Shown here piece by piece: positions 40,891-56,289 of a stretch of DNA of 64,000 bases. The translations under genes and the position numbers were made by a program. Under the pieces are notes generated by a model. It saw only the letters and a list, made by a program, of their open reading frames with translations. It had not been told where the DNA came from and ran no database searches. The stretch is from the human T2T-CHM13v2.0 reference genome, Homo sapiens. Positions within the stretch are counted from its first letter, which is position 1; every line of letters starts with the position of its first letter. The stretch lies in NCBI RefSeq assembly GCF_009914755.1, contig NC_060925.1; one strand, 5' to 3'.

Positions 40891-42194
40891 TACCCAAGCG
40901 TCCAGCCTTGGGCCTGGAAGAGACGGGACTTCAAGCCCTGCCCAGCACTTCCAAGCACGGAGCCCCTGGCAGCGGCTCAGCCTCCCTTTGCACAGGAATG
41001 GGGCCAACAGCACCATCTGCTGTCAGCTTCTGGAAGTGCCCTGCAGAGAGCGCACACCTGGCTCTCGGATCAGCTTTCCAGAAGGACCTGGGCTGTGGCC
41101 GCTATCCTGACAACAAGCTGGGCCACAGGGACATCCCCAGTCCAGTGAACTAGAATGAGGCTGGTCTTCAGAACCACCGGGAAAATTTGTGTCCAAGTTA
41201 GGGACCACTCTCCTTGCGTGGATGGGGAAACAGGCCCAGAGGCAGAGAGTGACAGGGTCCATTGGTTGGCCCAGGGAAGAGGATCATAGCGATTTCATAG
41301 AGTTCTTGTTCTCCAGCTCCTCATTTTGGTTCGTATCTTGACCGTGTTCCATGTTTTGACAGGCAGGGCACTGATTTAGGGGAGCCGCCCAGGAGGCAGG
41401 CAGGCTGGGGTGAAGTGGTGGGATTCGCAGGTCCCCTGCCCACACCAGGCCTTGCCCTGGACAGGAAGGCCCGCTGCAGGAATCCTGTTCTCAGCCACAC
41501 CGAGGTACACATACCTGACGCCCTGTGAGAAGGGCTGTGGACGGAGATAGGGAGGCCGAGGCAAGAAACAGCAAACGGAACGAGCGATGAGGAAGGCCAG
41601 GCCACAGGTGGATGGGGAGATGCTGAGGTCCTGCTGTGCTGGACTGAATGCAGATGGGAAGCAGCCTTAGCTTAGAGATGACCTGATCCAGATTGGGAGA
41701 CTGAGGCCCAGGGAGGAGGGGTGACGGGCCCAAGGTCACTGGAGCCAACAGCCTGGCTAAGAATCGATCCAGGTCTTCTGGTTCCCAATCCAGAGCTCTT
41801 GCCTCCCGCGTGGCTGGCTCCTTCCTTCCCTTGGGTTAAGAATTACTCTTTCCAGCGGAGCAGGGGCCGTCTTTTCACATCCCTGGCAAAAGTGGCTGAG
41901 ATAAGCCCTTAAAGAGTCTGAGAAGCTCCCCCTCTTAGATCAAGAGGATCTAGGGAGCCTGGAGGCAGAGGAGACCTGGGGACTCTACCAGTTTCCTAAG
42001 TTCAACTCTAGGCCAACCCCTATTCCTGCCTCCCTTTTGTTAATGCATACATATCATGGACCGTTGGGGTTAAGAATTCACAATAATAGTAGTCATGATG
42101 CTATGGACTGAATGTTTATGTCCCCCAAAAATGCATCTGTTAAAATACTAATCCCTAATGTGATGGTATTGAGAGGCAGCGTCTTTGGGGGTGA

Positions 42195-42874
<680 letters not shown>

Positions 42875-43379
42875 TAAAAGGGACCCCACAGCGTTCTCTC
42901 ACCCTCTTTCCACCATGTTAGGATATAACAAGTCAGCAATCTGCAACCAGAGGAGGGCCCTCACCAGGACCCAACTATGCTTGCACCCTGAACTCAGACT
43001 TCCAGCCTCCAGAACTATGAGAAATAAAGGTCTGTTGTTTATAACCCACTCAGTTTATAATATTTTGTTATAGCATCTGAAGCTAAGACACATGATCATA
43101 GTAGCTACTGTGTGTTAAGTAGCCTGGAGACATCTCCCTGCAGTGATGGATTATTCTTATTTCATTTACAGCTAGGATAAGCCCAGGGAGGGGCAGTAGC
43201 TTACCCAACATCACAACACCCCAAGTGGCTGCAGCAGGATACACCCTGGGACACCAGCTTCAAGTCCAAGGCCCTCCCCACTGCTCCTCACCACTACATA
43301 CAGGACAGGAAGAGTTTGTGTCCTTGAATTTGTTCAGCAGTATCAGTGCCCGACTGCAACAGGGGTACAAAAAACACAG

Positions 43380-44565
43380 AAGTTCATTGAACAAGTATTT
43401 AGTGAGCACCTACTATATGCCAAGCTCTGTCCCAAGTGCTGAGGGTACAGCAGAGAATAAAACAGACAAAACTGCCCTCTATTGGCAGGGGCATAGGGGA
43501 CAGATAAACACAATGAGCTAGCAAACACGTATCCTGCCAGATGGTGACATGGGCTGTGGCGTAAAGTGGAGTATGGAGGGAGGATAGGGAGTGAGGGTGA
43601 CGATACGCAGAGGGGGCCTCAGGAAGGTGTCACTGAGAGGGGAATAGCTGAGCAGAGGCCTGAAGGAGGTGGAGGAACCAGCCAAGTGAGTGTGCTTCTA
43701 GCAGAGGAAATGACCTGTTCAAAGGCCCTGAGGCAGGCCCATGGTTCATGTGTCTGAGAAACAGCAAGGAGGCCAGTGCCGCTGGAACAGAGGGGAAAGT
43801 AGATGAGATCAAGGAGGTTACCGGGAGACCAGGTAGGGCCTGTGACAAATCTGGCTTTTACCCAGATGAAATGGGAAGCCATTTTGAGCAGAGAGGTAGC
43901 AAAATCAGACTTGGGTTTTAAAGGGCACTTTGAAAGTCGTGTGGTTGTATTCATCCGTTTAATACTTTTGCATTGCAGATTAAGTTTCGTATTAGTTTGT
44001 TCTCACTCAGCTATAAAGAAATGCCTAAGACTGGGTAATTTATAAAGAAAAGAGGTTTAATTGGCTTACATTTCTGCAGGCTGTACAAGAAGTATGGAGG
44101 CTTCTGCTCAGCTTCTGGGGAGGCCTCAGGAAACTTACAATCACGGCGGAAGGTGAAGGGGAAACAGCTTTGTCTTACATGGCTGGAGTAGGAGCAAAAG
44201 AGAGAGATGGGGGAGGTGCTACATACTTTTAAACAATCAGATCTTGTGAGAACTCACTCACTATGCAGTACCAAGGGGAGATGGTGCTTAACCACTCATG
44301 AGAACTCCACCCCCATGACCCAACCATCTCCCACCAGGCCCCTCCTCCAACACTGGGGATTACAATTTGACATAAGATTTGGGTGGGGACACAGATCCAA
44401 ACCATGTAAGTGGTTAATAGATTTTACAGGGCCAAGGACAGAAGTATGGGGGCTACTGAGGAGCTGCCCAGCACCCAGGGGTGATGAGCTGGAGAGTTAG
44501 GCTAAGGTTGTCAGGGTGGAAGAGGTGCAAAGTGGTCAGATCTGTGAAATGTTTTTGAAGGTAGA
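43380..44565 (-). mobile_element. L2 fragments split by an MST LTR
   Basis: tgaacaagtatttagtgagcacctactatatgccaag..gagcagaggcctgaagg..gtttttgaaggtaga. Confidence 0.7.
43988..44408 (-). mobile_element. MST-family MaLR solo LTR
   Basis: gtattagtttgttctcac..tttataaagaaaagaggtttaattggc..ggggacacagatccaaaccat. Confidence 0.88.
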
Positions 44566-44602
44566 CACACACACACACACACACTCATACACACACACAC
44601 AC
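44565..44602 (+). repeat. Interrupted (CA)n microsatellite
   Basis: Read directly. Confidence 0.9.
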
Positions 44603-45279
44603 GGGAGAAGCCTGTGAGCCACGCTTAGCTGTAATGGGACCCGCCATACCTGACCATCCATGCTTTTTCATGCAGTACCCAGTGATCAGACTACATAGGT
44701 CAGAGAACCCGTCAGACAAGCTGATGGTGATGCCTGGCAAGGCTGCTCAGGGGGCCTGGCGTGGTTTGTCCACTTCACTCTTGCCCCACAGCAGTGCTTG
44801 TGCCACTGGGAGAAATAGCTTAAATCCTCAGCCCTTGTCCAGCCTCTTCATTATGCAAGTGGGGAAACTGAGACACCAAGAAGCAAAGGGACTTGACACT
44901 CAGGGAGTCAGAACACAGGCACAGTCTCCTGACTCCCTGTCCAGTGCTCTCTCGTACCACAAGCCCAAACTTGCCCCTCAGGACTGGGTGACAAGGACAC
45001 AGGGGCTTGGTCAGGCCTGCACAATCTTTTCTAGAGAAGGGGGTGACGGTGAGGGGCCTTGGCCTCCAAACTTCATCCCCACTTCACTCCATCCCACAGG
45101 CTGCTCTGCCCAGCCAGAATGTGGGTGAATCCCCTAATGACCCAAATCTGACAAGGAGCAGAGTCCGTATGTTGCCAGCATAAGAAAGGACAAAAGAAGA
45201 AGCCTTAGCCTTTGGCCCCTAACTGGAGGCTTAATGAAGGCATCCAGCAAGAAAGGAAAGGGTCAGCATTAGTATCTTT

Positions 45280-45905
45280 GTCAACATCACCACCACCACC
45301 ATCACCATCACAATTACCAACATCACCACTACCACCATCATTATCACCATCACCATCACCATTACCAACATCATCACTACCACCATCATTACCACCACCA
45401 TCACCAACACCACTACTACCACTACCATCAACACTACCACCATCATTATCACACCACCATCACCATCTCCAACATGATAACCACCACCGCTATCACCACC
45501 TCAATACAAAAAACAACACCATCATCACTACCAACACCAATACCAATACTCTACCACCACCACCACATCACCATCGCCATGACCAACATCACCCCTACCA
45601 CCGTCATTATCACCACCACCATCACCAACACCACTACTACCACTACCATCAACACTACCAACATCATTATCACCACCACCATCACCATCTCCAACATGAT
45701 AACCACCGCCGCTATCACCACCTCAATACAAACAGCAGCAACACCATCATCATCTATCAACACCAATTCCAACACTCTACCACCACCACCACCACCATCA
45801 CCATCACTACCAATATCATTAGGATCTCTAACACCATCACCATCATCATCACCACTAACACCATCAATACCATCAACACCTCTTCACCCTCATCACCACC
45901 GTCAC
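45280..45905 (+). repeat. (CAC/CAT)n-rich tract with a ~222-bp internal duplication
   Basis: ccaacatgataaccacc(a/g)ccgctatcaccacctcaatacaaa at 45469 and 45691. Confidence 0.9.
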
Positions 45906-46534
45906 TGAGCCAGATCTAGTTTGGGTTGCACTGGAGAACAAAGAGGACCCCCTGTAGCTAACACTGAAGCCAGAAAGCTTCCCAGATAGACTGTGCATGG
46001 GCTGGGCATCTGCCCCGGGGAGAGCCAAATGGCTATCGGTCGTCAGGGACATGGAGCTGGAGTGGCAGGAGATGGGGTTGAGTTAGGACTGGGGAGTAGA
46101 GGCAGCAGACACGAGTCTATCCAGGGCAGCCAACAGGCTGGCTAGGAGAAGGAGGGACTAGGGAGTCTAAGGAGTGAGAAGGCAGCTGGCAGCTGTTCGG
46201 ATGGAATGTCAAAGAGGGAAAGAGAACAGCCCCTACAGGAGCCCGTTCATGAGGTGAAGAGCAGGCCAGGAGTGGGTGGAGTCCAGCAGGCAGGTAAGCA
46301 TAGCCCAGTTGAATGAACATCACCATTACACCTCCACAGCATCCCACTCTCTAGCACAGCCATGGCCACCATCACCATGACAACCAGCCTGAACAGCACC
46401 TTCCCCATAGCTATGGACTCTCTCACATCCCCCAGTGACCACCACCACGACTGAAGCAGAGACTGCTCTTGCCCATCAGCAGTCACTGTACCCTGCTGCC
46501 TTCAGAGCTCCCAAGTTTATCTGGGCATAGGAAT

Positions 46535-47325
46535 GCTGTTGCAGGTTGGCTTGCCCTGCAAGCAGACCCTGAGATGGAGATCAGCAGGCAGATGGGCTGG
46601 GGGTCGCCCTTGGGGTCAACACACGTGTAGGAGCAGGAAAAGAAATGGAATTGGACAAAGGGACATGCTGGCTTCATGCCGTCTCAGATAAGGCCTTGGC
46701 TGACCCCACAAGGACCTGTGAAGACCGGGTGGCCCTTCAGAATTGTGCAGGTTGTGACACTCCCATGCCATCAAGCCACTGTGTGCAGGCTACCCCCAGG
46801 TAGGGAGCATAACCTTGGGTAGGGCAGCTCTCTCCGGCCAAGAGCCATTTCTGGAAAGCGTTGAGGACTGTCAGCCAGCAGCCCTCCCAGCAGCTGGAAA
46901 AAGATGTCCTTCAGTTCCAAAGGGTATTGGAGTGGAGCATCACAATGTTCACGCCCAATGCCCACTAAATACCACATTCCCATCTTCCCTTGTAGCAAGA
47001 TGTGGCCAAGTGGCTGAATTCTGACCAAGGACATATGAGAGCAAATTATGTCTGCCACTTCCAAGTCGTGCCTGAAAAGAAATAGCCATGTACCCCTCTT
47101 CCCACTCTCCCTCCCACTAGTTGGGCTGCAGATGTGGTGACGGGAGCTGGAACAGCCACCTTGGATCCAGAGATGGATGCTAAGTGTAGAGGGTGGCAGT
47201 TGCTTACCAGTTCTCAACTACACACCTGCCACCTCCAGACTGTTACATAGCAGAGAAATAACTTCTGCTGTGCTTACACATTGGGGGAATCTCTGTTTCA
47301 GCCAACTCTCCTTTACCCCAGTTGG
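46535..47325. mobile_element. Old MLT1 LTR fragments (F-like and J-like)
   Basis: gcagaccctgagatggagat..ggaattggacaaaggga; tgtggccaagtggctgaattctgaccaa..gagaaataacttct. Confidence 0.55.
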
Positions 47326-47342
47326 ACAGCCGTGACCTCCAT

Positions 47343-47861
47343 CACGGGTCCCCAGTCCCCAGTATCAGTCTGTGGCGTGTTAGAAACCAGGCTGTACAGC
47401 AGGAGGTGAGTGGCAAGTGAGCCATCGAGAGAGGCTTCATATGTATTTACAGCCACTCCCCATCACTATCATCACCATCTGAGCTCTGCCTCCTGTCAGA
47501 TCAGCAGCAGCATTAGATTCTCATAGGAGCACGAACCCTATTGAGAACTGTGCATGTGAGGGATCTAAGTTGTATGCTCACTATGAAAATCTAATGCCTG
47601 ATGATCTGTCACTGTCTCCCATCACCCCCAGATGGGACTGTCCAGTTGCAGGAAAACAAGCTCAAGACTCCCACTGATTCTACATTATGGTGAGTTGTAT
47701 AATTATTTCATTACATATTACAATGTAATAATAACAGAAATAAAGTGCACAATAAATGTAATGCGCTTGAATCATCCCAAAACTATCCCACCACTCTGGT
47801 CCATGGAAAAATTGTCTTCCATGAAACGAGTCCCTGGTGCCAAAAAGGTTGGGGACTGCAG
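47343..47861 (+). mobile_element. MER1A hAT-Charlie DNA transposon
   Basis: cacgggtcccc...ccctggtgccaaaaaggttggggactgcag, ~520 bp; 8-bp TSD acctccat / acctacat. Confidence 0.88.
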
Positions 47862-49254
47862 ACCTACATCACTATCCTGCCAACCATATGACCACTTGTC
47901 CACTGTCACCAACACCAAGTGACCACTCCAGGTTCCAATCCTGGCTGTGCCATCTATATGCTCTATGATCTTGGACACAGCACTGTATATTTCTGGGCTT
48001 CAGTCTCCTCTTCAGAAAATATGTCACTTCATAATAACGTAATTTTTTATACCTTGGAAGGTTGTCATAAGGATTAAACACAAGATCTACATATGACAGG
48101 AAGGAAATGTGTTAACATACAAGCTTTGCCCTCCTTCACACCTTCCCACCCTGTTGTCTGAACTTAGAGCTGTCTCAATGGTGGCTGTTGTCATTGATAC
48201 TGCTGTTACATTCAATGTTATCACAGCATTGTTACAAAGGCCACTGTGCTATCCCCACCTTAACCACTAGAAGAGCCACTTCCATTTTCATTTTAGAGTC
48301 AGACAGACTTGAGTCCTAGTCTCAACTCGAACCATGACTGAATGAATGGCCCAGGACAACTTACTTAACTCCCCTGCACTTCAGTTTTCCCATCTAGAAA
48401 ATGGGGATAATAGCAATGCCCAAGTGGGTGGCTAGGAAGATTAAATGGGATGATGTGTGCAAAATGCTAAACACTGTACCTGTTTCATAGGAAAAGGCCA
48501 ATAAATGGCACCCATTGCCATTGCAGTGGTTGTTCCTTATCTTTGTAAAACACCTTCAGTTTGTCATCATAAGAAAGCCATGCACATGGTCCTCCTTGGA
48601 CTTTGAGATGTTTTGGGCAAGGTGGGAGGCACACCCATTCTCGGGGGCTTTGTAACTTGTGTTCAAAGGACCTGCTGGCACCACAACCAGGCAGCAACCC
48701 CGAGGGCTGGGAGAAAGGACTGAGAATGGTGCAGCCCAGAACCCAGAGTTCAGCAAACATGTCCCCTCCCTGGGAGCCTGTGTGTCCAGGTCACTAGGAG
48801 AGGAGCTACAGACACACAAGTCCACTTGAGGAACCCCCAGAAAGGCAGGTCTTGAGGCGACTCCTGAATGTCTGCTTGGGCAGGCCAGCTCATGGCTCAG
48901 AGCACAGTCAAAGAGTGAGCCTCTATTGATGGCTCAGCCCTGGGCCAGCGGTCTGGGGTAAGCAATCCGGGCAGCCTCCCTCACAGGTACTGGGAAGGCC
49001 TCCTTGGCAAAATTCTCCTCCTTCCAGGCTGGTGTGTCAAGCGTGGTGTCCAGGTTTCCTCCTGAGGGCTCCTAACTCACCTTTTATGAATTATTCTACG
49101 CGAGCCTTTTCCTTACAGCAGCAGGGATCAGACAGGCTCGGGGAGGGCCCTGAGCTCCTGGGAAACCAGAGCCTGAAGGGAGAAAGAGCACAAACAAGTG
49201 TGGGGACATTAATGACAACATTTGAGAAACTCATCATTGTGCCACAATCCAAAT

Positions 49255-49694
49255 CAAACTCTTGACTAAATATTCGAATAATAACCCTCCCTGTCTGTGG
49301 GCCCCTGTGTTCATCAGAACCCTCCACACATCGGGAGCCCCCCCGCTGTGAGAGGACTTAACTCCCTCACCCATCAACACTGGGCTTAAGATCAAGTAAC
49401 TTGCTTTGGCCAGTGAGATGTGAGCATGGGTACATATGCCACCCCCTGCAGAAGCTTTAAGAGTCAAGGTGAGCTTTTGCTGTGACTCTGTTCCCTCTGC
49501 TGTGACTATAGCACATTTCAGACAGGCCTGCTCCTTTAGCCCAGACCCAGGAAAGAAGACACAAGGAAGAAAGCCACAGCCAGCCCACAGTGGCTATGTA
49601 ACACAAGAGAGAAATCCATCTTTGTTCCTGTAAACCATTGAGATTCAGGGGATGTTTGTCACAACAGCACAACTCATCAAACACTGACTAATAC
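49255..49694 (+). mobile_element. Old MLT1 (H/G-like) LTR
   Basis: aacttgctttggccagtgagatgtgagc..aaaccattgagattcaggggatgtttgtcacaacagc..tgactaataca. Confidence 0.6.
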
Positions 49695-49859
49695 AATAGC
49701 TAGCACCCATCTAGTGTGTGCTTGGGCCAGGCACAGTATTGAGGACTTGACATGTATTATCTCACTTAATACTTATGACAACCCAAGTATTAACCCTGTT
49801 TTACAGGTAAGGTTAGTAACAGATGAATTGCTTAACCGACAGGTTAGGTATTCTGTCCT

Positions 49860-50076
49860 AGCCTGGGCAATGTGGCAAAACCCTATCTCTATAAAAAAAA
49901 AAAATCCAATAATTAGTCAGTCATGGTGTCGTGCACCTATGGTCCCAGCTACTTGGGAGGCTGAGGTGGGAGGATCGCTTGAGCTAGGAGGCTGAGACTG
50001 CAATGAGCCATGATCATACCACTGCACTCCAGCATGCTTAACAGAACCAGACCCCGTCTCAAAAAAAAAAAAAAAA
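49860..50076 (+). mobile_element. 5'-truncated AluJ-type element
   Basis: Starts at agcctgggcaa; A tail; TSD attctgtcc. Confidence 0.85.
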
Positions 50077-51046
50077 TTCTGTCCAAAACAGTAAGTAGCA
50101 AATCAGGGATCTAAACCAAATCTATCCACCTTGAGTGAGGCAGGATTATTTTCCCCCATTTCACACATGGGAAAGCTGAGTCTCTAAGAGACGAAGTCAC
50201 TTGCCCAAAGCCACGTAGCATCAATTCTTTCATGCAGTGTGACCCGCAGCAGGTCGTATGGGAAGTAAGTACTGAGGTCTTTCCACTTTGTGCTCAATAC
50301 TTCTCCACCGTCACTTCTCTTTGCCTTGGCTGGACCTGAGGGCTCCTGGGTGTCCCCAACCACAGCTGGTGTCAGGAAGCCACCCTCCGAGGCCTCTTCC
50401 CTCCCCCTCAACGTTCAAGCTTAAGTTTCAGGAGCCCCCGCGCCCCTCCTCGTCGGCCCAGGGGGAAGAAGGCAGGGCTGCATCTGCCCAGGCGCTTCAA
50501 AGCTTCTTGACACTTGTGAATATCCTCCCGCTTCTGTGCACGAGGGTCTGGTTCGCATTAGCACCCCAGACCCCGCGGTGGTAGGATGTAGGGCTTGGGC
50601 TCCATCCAAAAAGTGTCAGACTCCGCTGGGGCTGCTCTAACTACTTATCTAACATGGAACATCAAATGGTTTGATCTGCCAATTAGGCTCACCCAGAGCT
50701 GCTAACTGGAAGCAGATGGGCCTGTCCATTATTGTATGGAAAACTTGCATTTCCCACTTCCCTGTAGAAGGGGAAGGCAGCGCCCTGGCCCCTCCTCTCA
50801 CCCACCCCACACACCCCACAGATGGCAGTGGGTCTGAGGGTCTCCTGGGGAAGCCCAGGGTGGGAGAGTTGAAGCCCAGGAAAAATGGGCCTTATCTCCT
50901 GTCCCTGAGGATGAGTAAGAGTGGTTGCTTCTGGTTATGGAGTGGGCCTAGATGGGCATCTGCCCAGGAGGTCCCAAATTCTCAGAGTGTCTACAACCTT
51001 CTGCCAGGTTTCTCCATCCAGTGTTCATGGGCCTGCCCGGGGAGAC

Positions 51047-51456
51047 AGATATGGTTTGGATCTGTGTCCCCTCCCAAATCTCATGTCGAATTGCAATCCT
51101 CAGTGTTGGAAGTGGGGCCTGGTGGGAGGTGACTGGATCATGGGGGTGGATTCTCATGAATGATTTAGTGCCATCCTCTTGGTGCTGTCCTCGCGATAGT
51201 GAGTTCTCACGAGATCTGGTTATTTAAAAGAGTGTGTCACCTCCCCACTCTCTCTCTCATCCCTCTCCCACCCTATGAGATGCCTTGCTCCTCCTTTGCC
51301 TTCCGCCATGATTGGAAGCTTTCTGAGGGCTCTCCAGAAGCAGACGCTTCTATGCTTCCTGTTCAGCCTGCAGAACTGTGAACCAATTACACTTCTTTTC
51401 TTTATAAAGTACCCAGTCTCAGGTATTTCTTTGTAGCCATGCAAGAATAAACTCAC
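51047..51456 (+). mobile_element. MST-family MaLR solo LTR
   Basis: gatatggtttggatctgtgtcccctcccaaatctcatg..cccagtctcaggtatttctttgtagc. Confidence 0.88.
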
Positions 51457-52034
51457 AGAGACCTTTATAAACCAGACCAGCACTGGCCACTAGGCTGGGT
51501 CCTAGGCCTGCCCTGAGGCAGGGGCATGGTGGGAATGACTTCAGGGTGTCCCTTCTCACTCTTGGGTGGTACAAACACAGCCACCCAACAGCCTTTTCAG
51601 CTAACCGCTGCCCAAACCAGGGTGTGCCCACCCTGTCTCACTCCCACGGCCAGCCAGTCACCAAGACCACTGATGTGGCCCCAGCACCACAGCCACCACT
51701 GGCCAGTGCCAGGCCACCATCCTCACTCACCTGGGCCCAGTGGCAGACTCCAAGGGGTCTCCACGCCTCCTCCCTCAGACCCCTTGAGCCCATTCCCCAC
51801 ATTGCCATCTCCTCTCTCCAAAACCCCTTCAAGGTTCTACCCTAGGAGAAAATCCAAATTCCTTAGAATCAGCGCAGCTAACAGTGGGGGAGCACCTGTG
51901 CACATGCCAGGCATCCCTGCTTTGAGCTTCCCAGCAGCCCTGGGAGGGCAGTGCTGGCATCATACCCCATCACACAGAAGGGAAGGGCAGCACAGAGGGG
52001 TGAGGGCCTCCAACCCAAGCTGCACAGCCCAACA

Positions 52035-52800
52035 GTCTCTCTCTCTCTCTCTCTCTCCCTACCCCACTTCCTCCCTTCTTCTCTTCTTTCCTCTCAGTTT
52101 CTCCCTTCCTCTCTGATATGGTTTGGCTGTGTCCCCACCCAAATCTCATCTTGAATTATAGCCCCCATAATCCCCAAGTGCCATGGGAAGGACCCAGTGG
52201 GAAGTAAGTGAATCACAGGGGCAGGTTTTCCCCATGCTGTTCTCAAGATAGTGAATAAGTCTCACAAGATCTGATGGTTTTATAAAGGGCAGTTCCCCTG
52301 CACAGGCTGTCTTGCCTGCCACCATGTAAGACGTGCCTTTGCTCCTCCTTCACCTTCCACCATGATTGTGAGGCCTCCCCTCCCTTGTGGAACTGTGAGT
52401 CTATTAAACCTCTTTTCTTTATAAATTACCCAGTCTCAGGTGTGTCCTTATGGCAGTGTGAAAACAGACTAATGCACTCTCCTTCCCTTTTCTCTCTCTC
52501 CTTTGTCCTCCTTCCCTTCTTCTCTCTCATCTCTCTCCTCCTCTCTCCTCTCTCTCTCCCCCTCTCCTTCCCTCTCTTTTTTCCCTCTGTTCTCTCCCTC
52601 TTCCCTTCTATACCCCTCTCTCCCTTTTCTGCCTCCCCCTCCAACTCCCTCCCTCTCTTCTTTCTGTCTCCCCACTCTCTTTCCCTCTATTTGCCCCTGC
52701 CTGCCTCTCCCTGTCTCCCTGTCTTCCCCTCCCCAAGCTCACCCACTTTCTCTCCAGCTCCAGCTCCACTAGCCCCCACTCTTTTTTTTTTCTGACCTTC
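52035..52800 (+). repeat. CT-rich polypyrimidine tract split by the THE1 LTR
   Basis: (CT)n and degenerate CT/CCT runs on both sides of the LTR. Confidence 0.8.
52114..52476 (+). mobile_element. THE1-family MaLR solo LTR
   Basis: tgatatggtttggctgtgtccccacccaaatctcatcttg...gactaatgca; 5-bp TSD CTCTC. Confidence 0.9.
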
Positions 52801-53319
52801 CCAGTCTCCCTGCCCTGGGTCCTTGCCCAGGCTGCTCCTCTGTCTGGTGCACTCCTGGTGACACCTCCCTTGCTTGGCTCACAGTGATTCGTTCTTCAGG
52901 TCTCTACTTGAGGCCTGAATGCTCAGGAAGCCTTCCTCCACCTCCCAAGGCAAGAAGCCTTTTCTGGGTGTCTCTGTGGCACCATGAGCCACCCCATCAC
53001 AGAGGATCGCATGGTGTTGTGAGCATCTGCCTTGTGTCCTGAGTCCTCCACTAGAATGTGAGCTGCTTGGGAACGGGGACTATGCTCCTGGGTGCATACC
53101 CTCAGTGCCACACAGGGCCTGACCCTTAATAGTGCTCAACAGCCATGTGCTAAGTGAATGAATAAGTGAATGAGAGTAAATGAATGAATGAGTGAATGAG
53201 GTGTTGGCCACCAACACCCTCTCCTTGCTCACAGACTCACTCTGTCCATTACCTTCCCTATTTCCTGGCCTGCTGCAAGTTCTCTTGGCTTCTGACCTCA
53301 TGATCCATTAAAGTTCTGT

Positions 53320-53975
53320 TTCACTCATTCATTCACTCATTCTTTCTTTCTTTCTTTCAAACAGCACCTACTGAGCACCATTCTGTGCCAAGTGCTTTTC
53401 TGGGTTCTTGAGAAACATCTGCAAACAAAATGGACAAAATTTGCTGCCTTCACGGAGTTTACAGTATATTGGGAGAGATAAAGACAAAGAAGTGAACCAT
53501 ATAATGAGTTAGACAGTGGTAAGTGTTAAGGAAAAGAGTTAAGCAGGAAGAGAAATAAATGAGGGAGCGAGCCACGTGCCTATATGGAGAAGAGCATTTC
53601 ATGAAGAGAGAACAGCCAGTGCAAAAGCCCTGGGGCAGAAATCATGGCATGTTCAGGGGATGATGAGGAGGCCAGTGTGGCTGCAGAGGGGTGTAGGAGG
53701 CAAGAGGAGGCTGCAGAGAGGTCACAGAGGTAGAGGGGAGCCTGTGGGTCTGACACACGCATCAGGACTTTGGATCTTCTGTCCAGTGAGCTGGAGAGCT
53801 CTGGAGGGTATGGAGTAAAGAACGAACATGAACCAATTCAGAGTTTTAAAGGACCACTCCTGACTCGGAGGGCAAGGATAGAGGCAGAGAGGGCAATTAG
53901 GAGGCTGTTGCAGGAATCTGGGCTTACCTATGTTTGGGGTATATTTTGAAGGTAGAGCAGATAGTTTTGCTGACA
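53320..53975 (-). mobile_element. L2
   Basis: tcattcattcac..ctactgagcaccattctgtgccaag..gaacagccagtgcaaaagccctgggg..tattttgaaggtagagc. Confidence 0.75.
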
Positions 53976-53976
53976 G

Positions 53977-54940
<964 letters not shown>

Positions 54941-55684
54941 TTACCATAAGGTGCGGGATGGGAGAAAAACAGAGTCAAGGATGACTCAGGTTTCTGGTCT
55001 GAGTGATGGAGATGCCACCTGTGAGACCCGACCACACCTTCCTCCTTACCTATGAGGCTCAGCTCCAGCCTCTGCCTTCCCCTTGTCACCCTTTCCTTCC
55101 CCCTCTGCAGCCCCAGCCACTGGAGGAAATTCTGGCCCATTTCACCTGGTCTGGAGCCAGGTCGCCCGATTGCAGCCAACTCCCCACAAAGGACACTCCC
55201 ACCAGGTCCAGTGCCAGCCCTGCAAATGGCTCCAGGGATTGCCCTGCCCAGCCAACAAGTGCTCAAGGCTTCAAGCAGCAATGGGCCGTAGGTGACCACA
55301 ACAGGTGAGAAAAGAGCTGCACAGAGAACAGAGCTGAACCTCTCCTGCAGGAAGTCCCAGACCAGAAAGACAGCAGCCAGGTCCCAAGCGTTAGGACCAA
55401 CGGTATGAAGCTCAAGAGGCTATGGGAGCAGAGAATCCCCTCTGCCACAAGGCAGGAAAGGCTTCCCGGGGGAGGAGGCATTTGACCCGGGCCCTGAAGG
55501 ATAAATACAAGCTTCCCATAGGAAGATCAAGAAGGAACATCTTGAGCAAAGGTGTGAAATCAGGAACCATGTTTGGGGACAGCCAGGAGTCCAGTGGGGC
55601 CACTGGGAGATGAGGCTGGGAAGATGAGCAGGATTCAGATTTTGTGAGGCTTTCCACACACAAAGGAGGTCAGGCATGACTGTC

Positions 55685-55898
55685 CAGGAAGTCCTCACTT
55701 AATGCTGTAGTGGATAGGTTTTTGGAAACTGCGACTTTAAGCAAAAGGACGTACAGCGGGTCCTCAAATAACGTTGTTTCATTATAACATATTATAATAC
55801 GGATGAGAACAAAATATTGGTTTCATTATATGCCTTGTCCTTTTATCTAAAGTCAGAGTTTCCAAGAATGTAGCAACAACGTTAATGAGGACTTACTG
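55685..55898. mobile_element. Tigger-family MITE (MER6B-like)
   Basis: Terminal inverted repeats caggaagtcctcacttaa / ttaatgaggacttactg and inner inverted ttggaaactgcgactttaa / taaagtcagagtttccaa; ~214 bp. Confidence 0.75.
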
Positions 55899-56289
55899 CC
55901 CAGGCACTGGGGAGCCACAGGAGGTTCCTGAGGCAGGAGGGCTCCTGACTGTGTCAGGTTTAGGGGACATGACTCAGGCGGCCAGAGACTGTGGATTTGG
56001 GAAGGATGACAGGAACCAAAGAAAGGAAAGCTCGAAAAGTGGTCGAAGAGAGGGGCTTGCAAATCAGAGTGTCCAAAGGAAAGGACCGGGATGGTGGCCA
56101 AAATCATGTCCTAAGAGCACCTGGGACCTTCAGACCAAAGAAGAGATGACGTGAGGAGAACACAATTGCTGTAACCCCTCCCAAATCCCCCCTTTGAGCC
56201 CAAATCCTAGCTCGCTCACTTAAGAGCTGGGTGACCCTGGGCAAGTTAATCAGCGTCTCTGAGCTTCAGTTTCCTTTACAGTAGTACAG

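Noticed and set aside
45212-45919. 235-aa Pro/His-rich ORF
   Set aside because: Translation of the (CAC/CAT)n tract.
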